Positions 46,937-47,959 of a stretch of 47,959 nucleotides of DNA are shown piece after piece. The notes beneath the pieces are model-generated. The model did not search any database. It saw only the letters and a list, made by a program, of their open reading frames with translations, and had not been told where the DNA came from. The translations under genes were made by a program, and so were the position numbers. This stretch comes from an uncultured Flavobacteriales bacterium (GTDB lineage Bacteria; Bacteroidota; Bacteroidia; Flavobacteriales; SAT41), in assembly GCA_963996865.1 (NCBI GenBank), contig CAXEHY010000047.1, forward strand, positions 1-47,959, read 5' to 3'. How positions within the stretch are numbered: the first letter of the stretch is position 1; every line of letters starts with the position of its first letter.

Positions 46937-47856
46937 TGAGAGTGTTTAAAATAATTACGGCTATTTTTTTTATATTATGTTTTAGCGATGTTAAATCACA
47001 GCAATCTCCTATGTATAGTCAGTATATGTTTAATGATATAGCCATTAACCCTTCTTTAGCGGGATCAACTCCTTATTTCCCAGTAAGAGCAAGTATTAGA
47101 AATCAGTGGTCAGGATTTGAAGGAGCGCCTCAAACAACAACATTATCTTCACATGGATCTATTTTAGATGGGAATGTAGGGATTGGAGCATTATTATTTC
47201 AGGATGAAACAGGGCCAGTTTCTCAAACAGGTATACAATTATCTTATGCTTATCATTTAGAGTTTCCAAATTCAGCTTTATCTTTTGGTTTAGCGGGGAT
47301 AGGTTATAATTATTCTTTAAAAGAACACGAATTAGATTTTCATGATAATGAAATCCAAATAGGAAACGGAACATATAATGCATTTATTCCAGATGCCGCT
47401 TGCGGTATTTATTATTACACTAAGGATTTTTATTTAGGAGCTTCTGTTTTTCAGTTGTTTGAAAACACCTTCAGAGAGTCAATTCAAAATGTTTTTGGGG
47501 AAAATAAAGGAGTAAGACATTATTTTATTTCTGCTGGATTTGTTTCAGAAATAAATACAGGACTAAGAATAGAACCTTCTATTTTGTTTAAAACTATAGC
47601 AACAGGCCCCGTACAGCTTGATTTCAATACAAAAATTATTTTTAATAATTCTTTTTGGATAGGTTCTTCTTTAAGAACAGATAAATCTTTAATAGGACTG
47701 GTAGGCTTTCAGGCAGGAGTTTTACATATAGCTTATGGTTTTGATTATTCATTTATGTCAATAGGGCAACATTCTTCAGGCACTCATGAAATATCAGTCG
47801 GAGTTAATCTTCCAGATCCCAGAAATAGAAGACACATATATTACTGGGATTATTAA
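46936..47856 (+). CDS. T9SS membrane protein PorP/SprF family
   Basis: 306 aa. SQQSPMYSQYMFNDIAINPSLAGS....IRNQWSGFEGAPQTTTLS is the canonical PorP/SprF N-terminus. Its start overlaps the stop of the type-B cargo gene by 1 nt. Confidence 0.85.
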   Translation: MRVFKIITAIFFILCFSDVKSQQSPMYSQYMFNDIAINPSLAGSTPYFPVRASIRNQWSGFEGAPQTTTLSSHGSILDGNVGIGALLFQDETGPVSQTGIQLSYAYHLEFPNSALSFGLAGIGYNYSLKEHELDFHDNEIQIGNGTYNAFIPDAACGIYYYTKDFYLGASVFQLFENTFRESIQNVFGENKGVRHYFISAGFVSEINTGLRIEPSILFKTIATGPVQLDFNTKIIFNNSFWIGSSLRTDKSLIGLVGFQAGVLHIAYGFDYSFMSIGQHSSGTHEISVGVNLPDPRNRRHIYYWDY

Positions 47857-47959
47857 TGTTATATGATTTAGTTATAGTAGGACAAGGAATTGCCGGAACT
47901 ATTTTATATGATTTTGCAAAAACTAAATTCAAAAATATTTTAATAATATCTAATAAAAA
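47856..47959 (+). CDS. FAD/NAD(P)-binding oxidoreductase, N-terminal fragment (runs off the window)
   Basis: The ATG overlaps the porP-like stop (TAATG). MLYDLVIVGQGIAGTILYDF.. contains a GxGxxG Rossmann motif. Only 34 codons are visible. Confidence 0.45.
   Translation, partial: MLYDLVIVGQGIAGTILYDFAKTKFKNILIISNK

Noticed and set aside
1-47959. Search for CRISPR arrays, IS elements or transposases, integrases, prophage genes, toxin-antitoxin pairs, restriction-modification or other defence systems, and rRNA or other structured ncRNA
   Set aside because: No intergenic space exceeds 100 nt. There are no direct or inverted repeat arrays outside the adhesin coding repeats. No ORF shows DDE/tyrosine-recombinase, nuclease-helicase, or phage structural motifs. 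The only RNA gene I can support is tRNA-Cys.

Overview
Strongly AT-rich, very gene-dense chromosomal segment. By my coordinates only about 800 nt of 47,959 lie outside a called gene, and I count 17 start/stop overlaps. The content points to Bacteroidota/Flavobacteriia: T9SS/gliding genes (sprE/porW-like lipoprotein, gldH, a porP/sprF-like gene), three T9SS cargo proteins (two with type-A C-terminal sorting domains, one with a type-B domain), several lipoboxes, and TAnnTTTG -7 boxes upstream of the few genes that have upstream space. Most of the window is conserved housekeeping: dxr, rseP, an atpBEFHAG operon preceded by a bactofilin and small membrane proteins, a flippase, dut, tatA, gatA, PBP1A, acetoacetyl-CoA synthetase, mnmG, ybeY, gltX, folB and tRNA-Cys. 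I found no mobile element, CRISPR array, rRNA, integrase, toxin-antitoxin or recognisable defence island. Accessory-looking content sits at both ends. The left end (1-6747) has a T9SS-secreted lysyl-oxidase-like protein with apparently intact Cu-site and LTQ residues. It lies in one tight co-directional string with a propeller cargo, a cytochrome c / beta-barrel / heme-lipoprotein trio and an ALDH7-type allysine (P6C) dehydrogenase. The right end (43265-47856) has a 1223-aa GEVED + SprB-repeat adhesin paired with PorP/SprF. The one clear anomaly in the core region is dut, which is full length and well conserved but carries a single in-frame TGA at codon 38, while TGA is demonstrably a stop elsewhere in the window. 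I cannot show that any of this is a new system. The LOX-like/ALDH7/cytochrome string and the dut TGA are the best candidates for follow-up. All family assignments come from motif recognition by eye and need HMM or BLAST confirmation.
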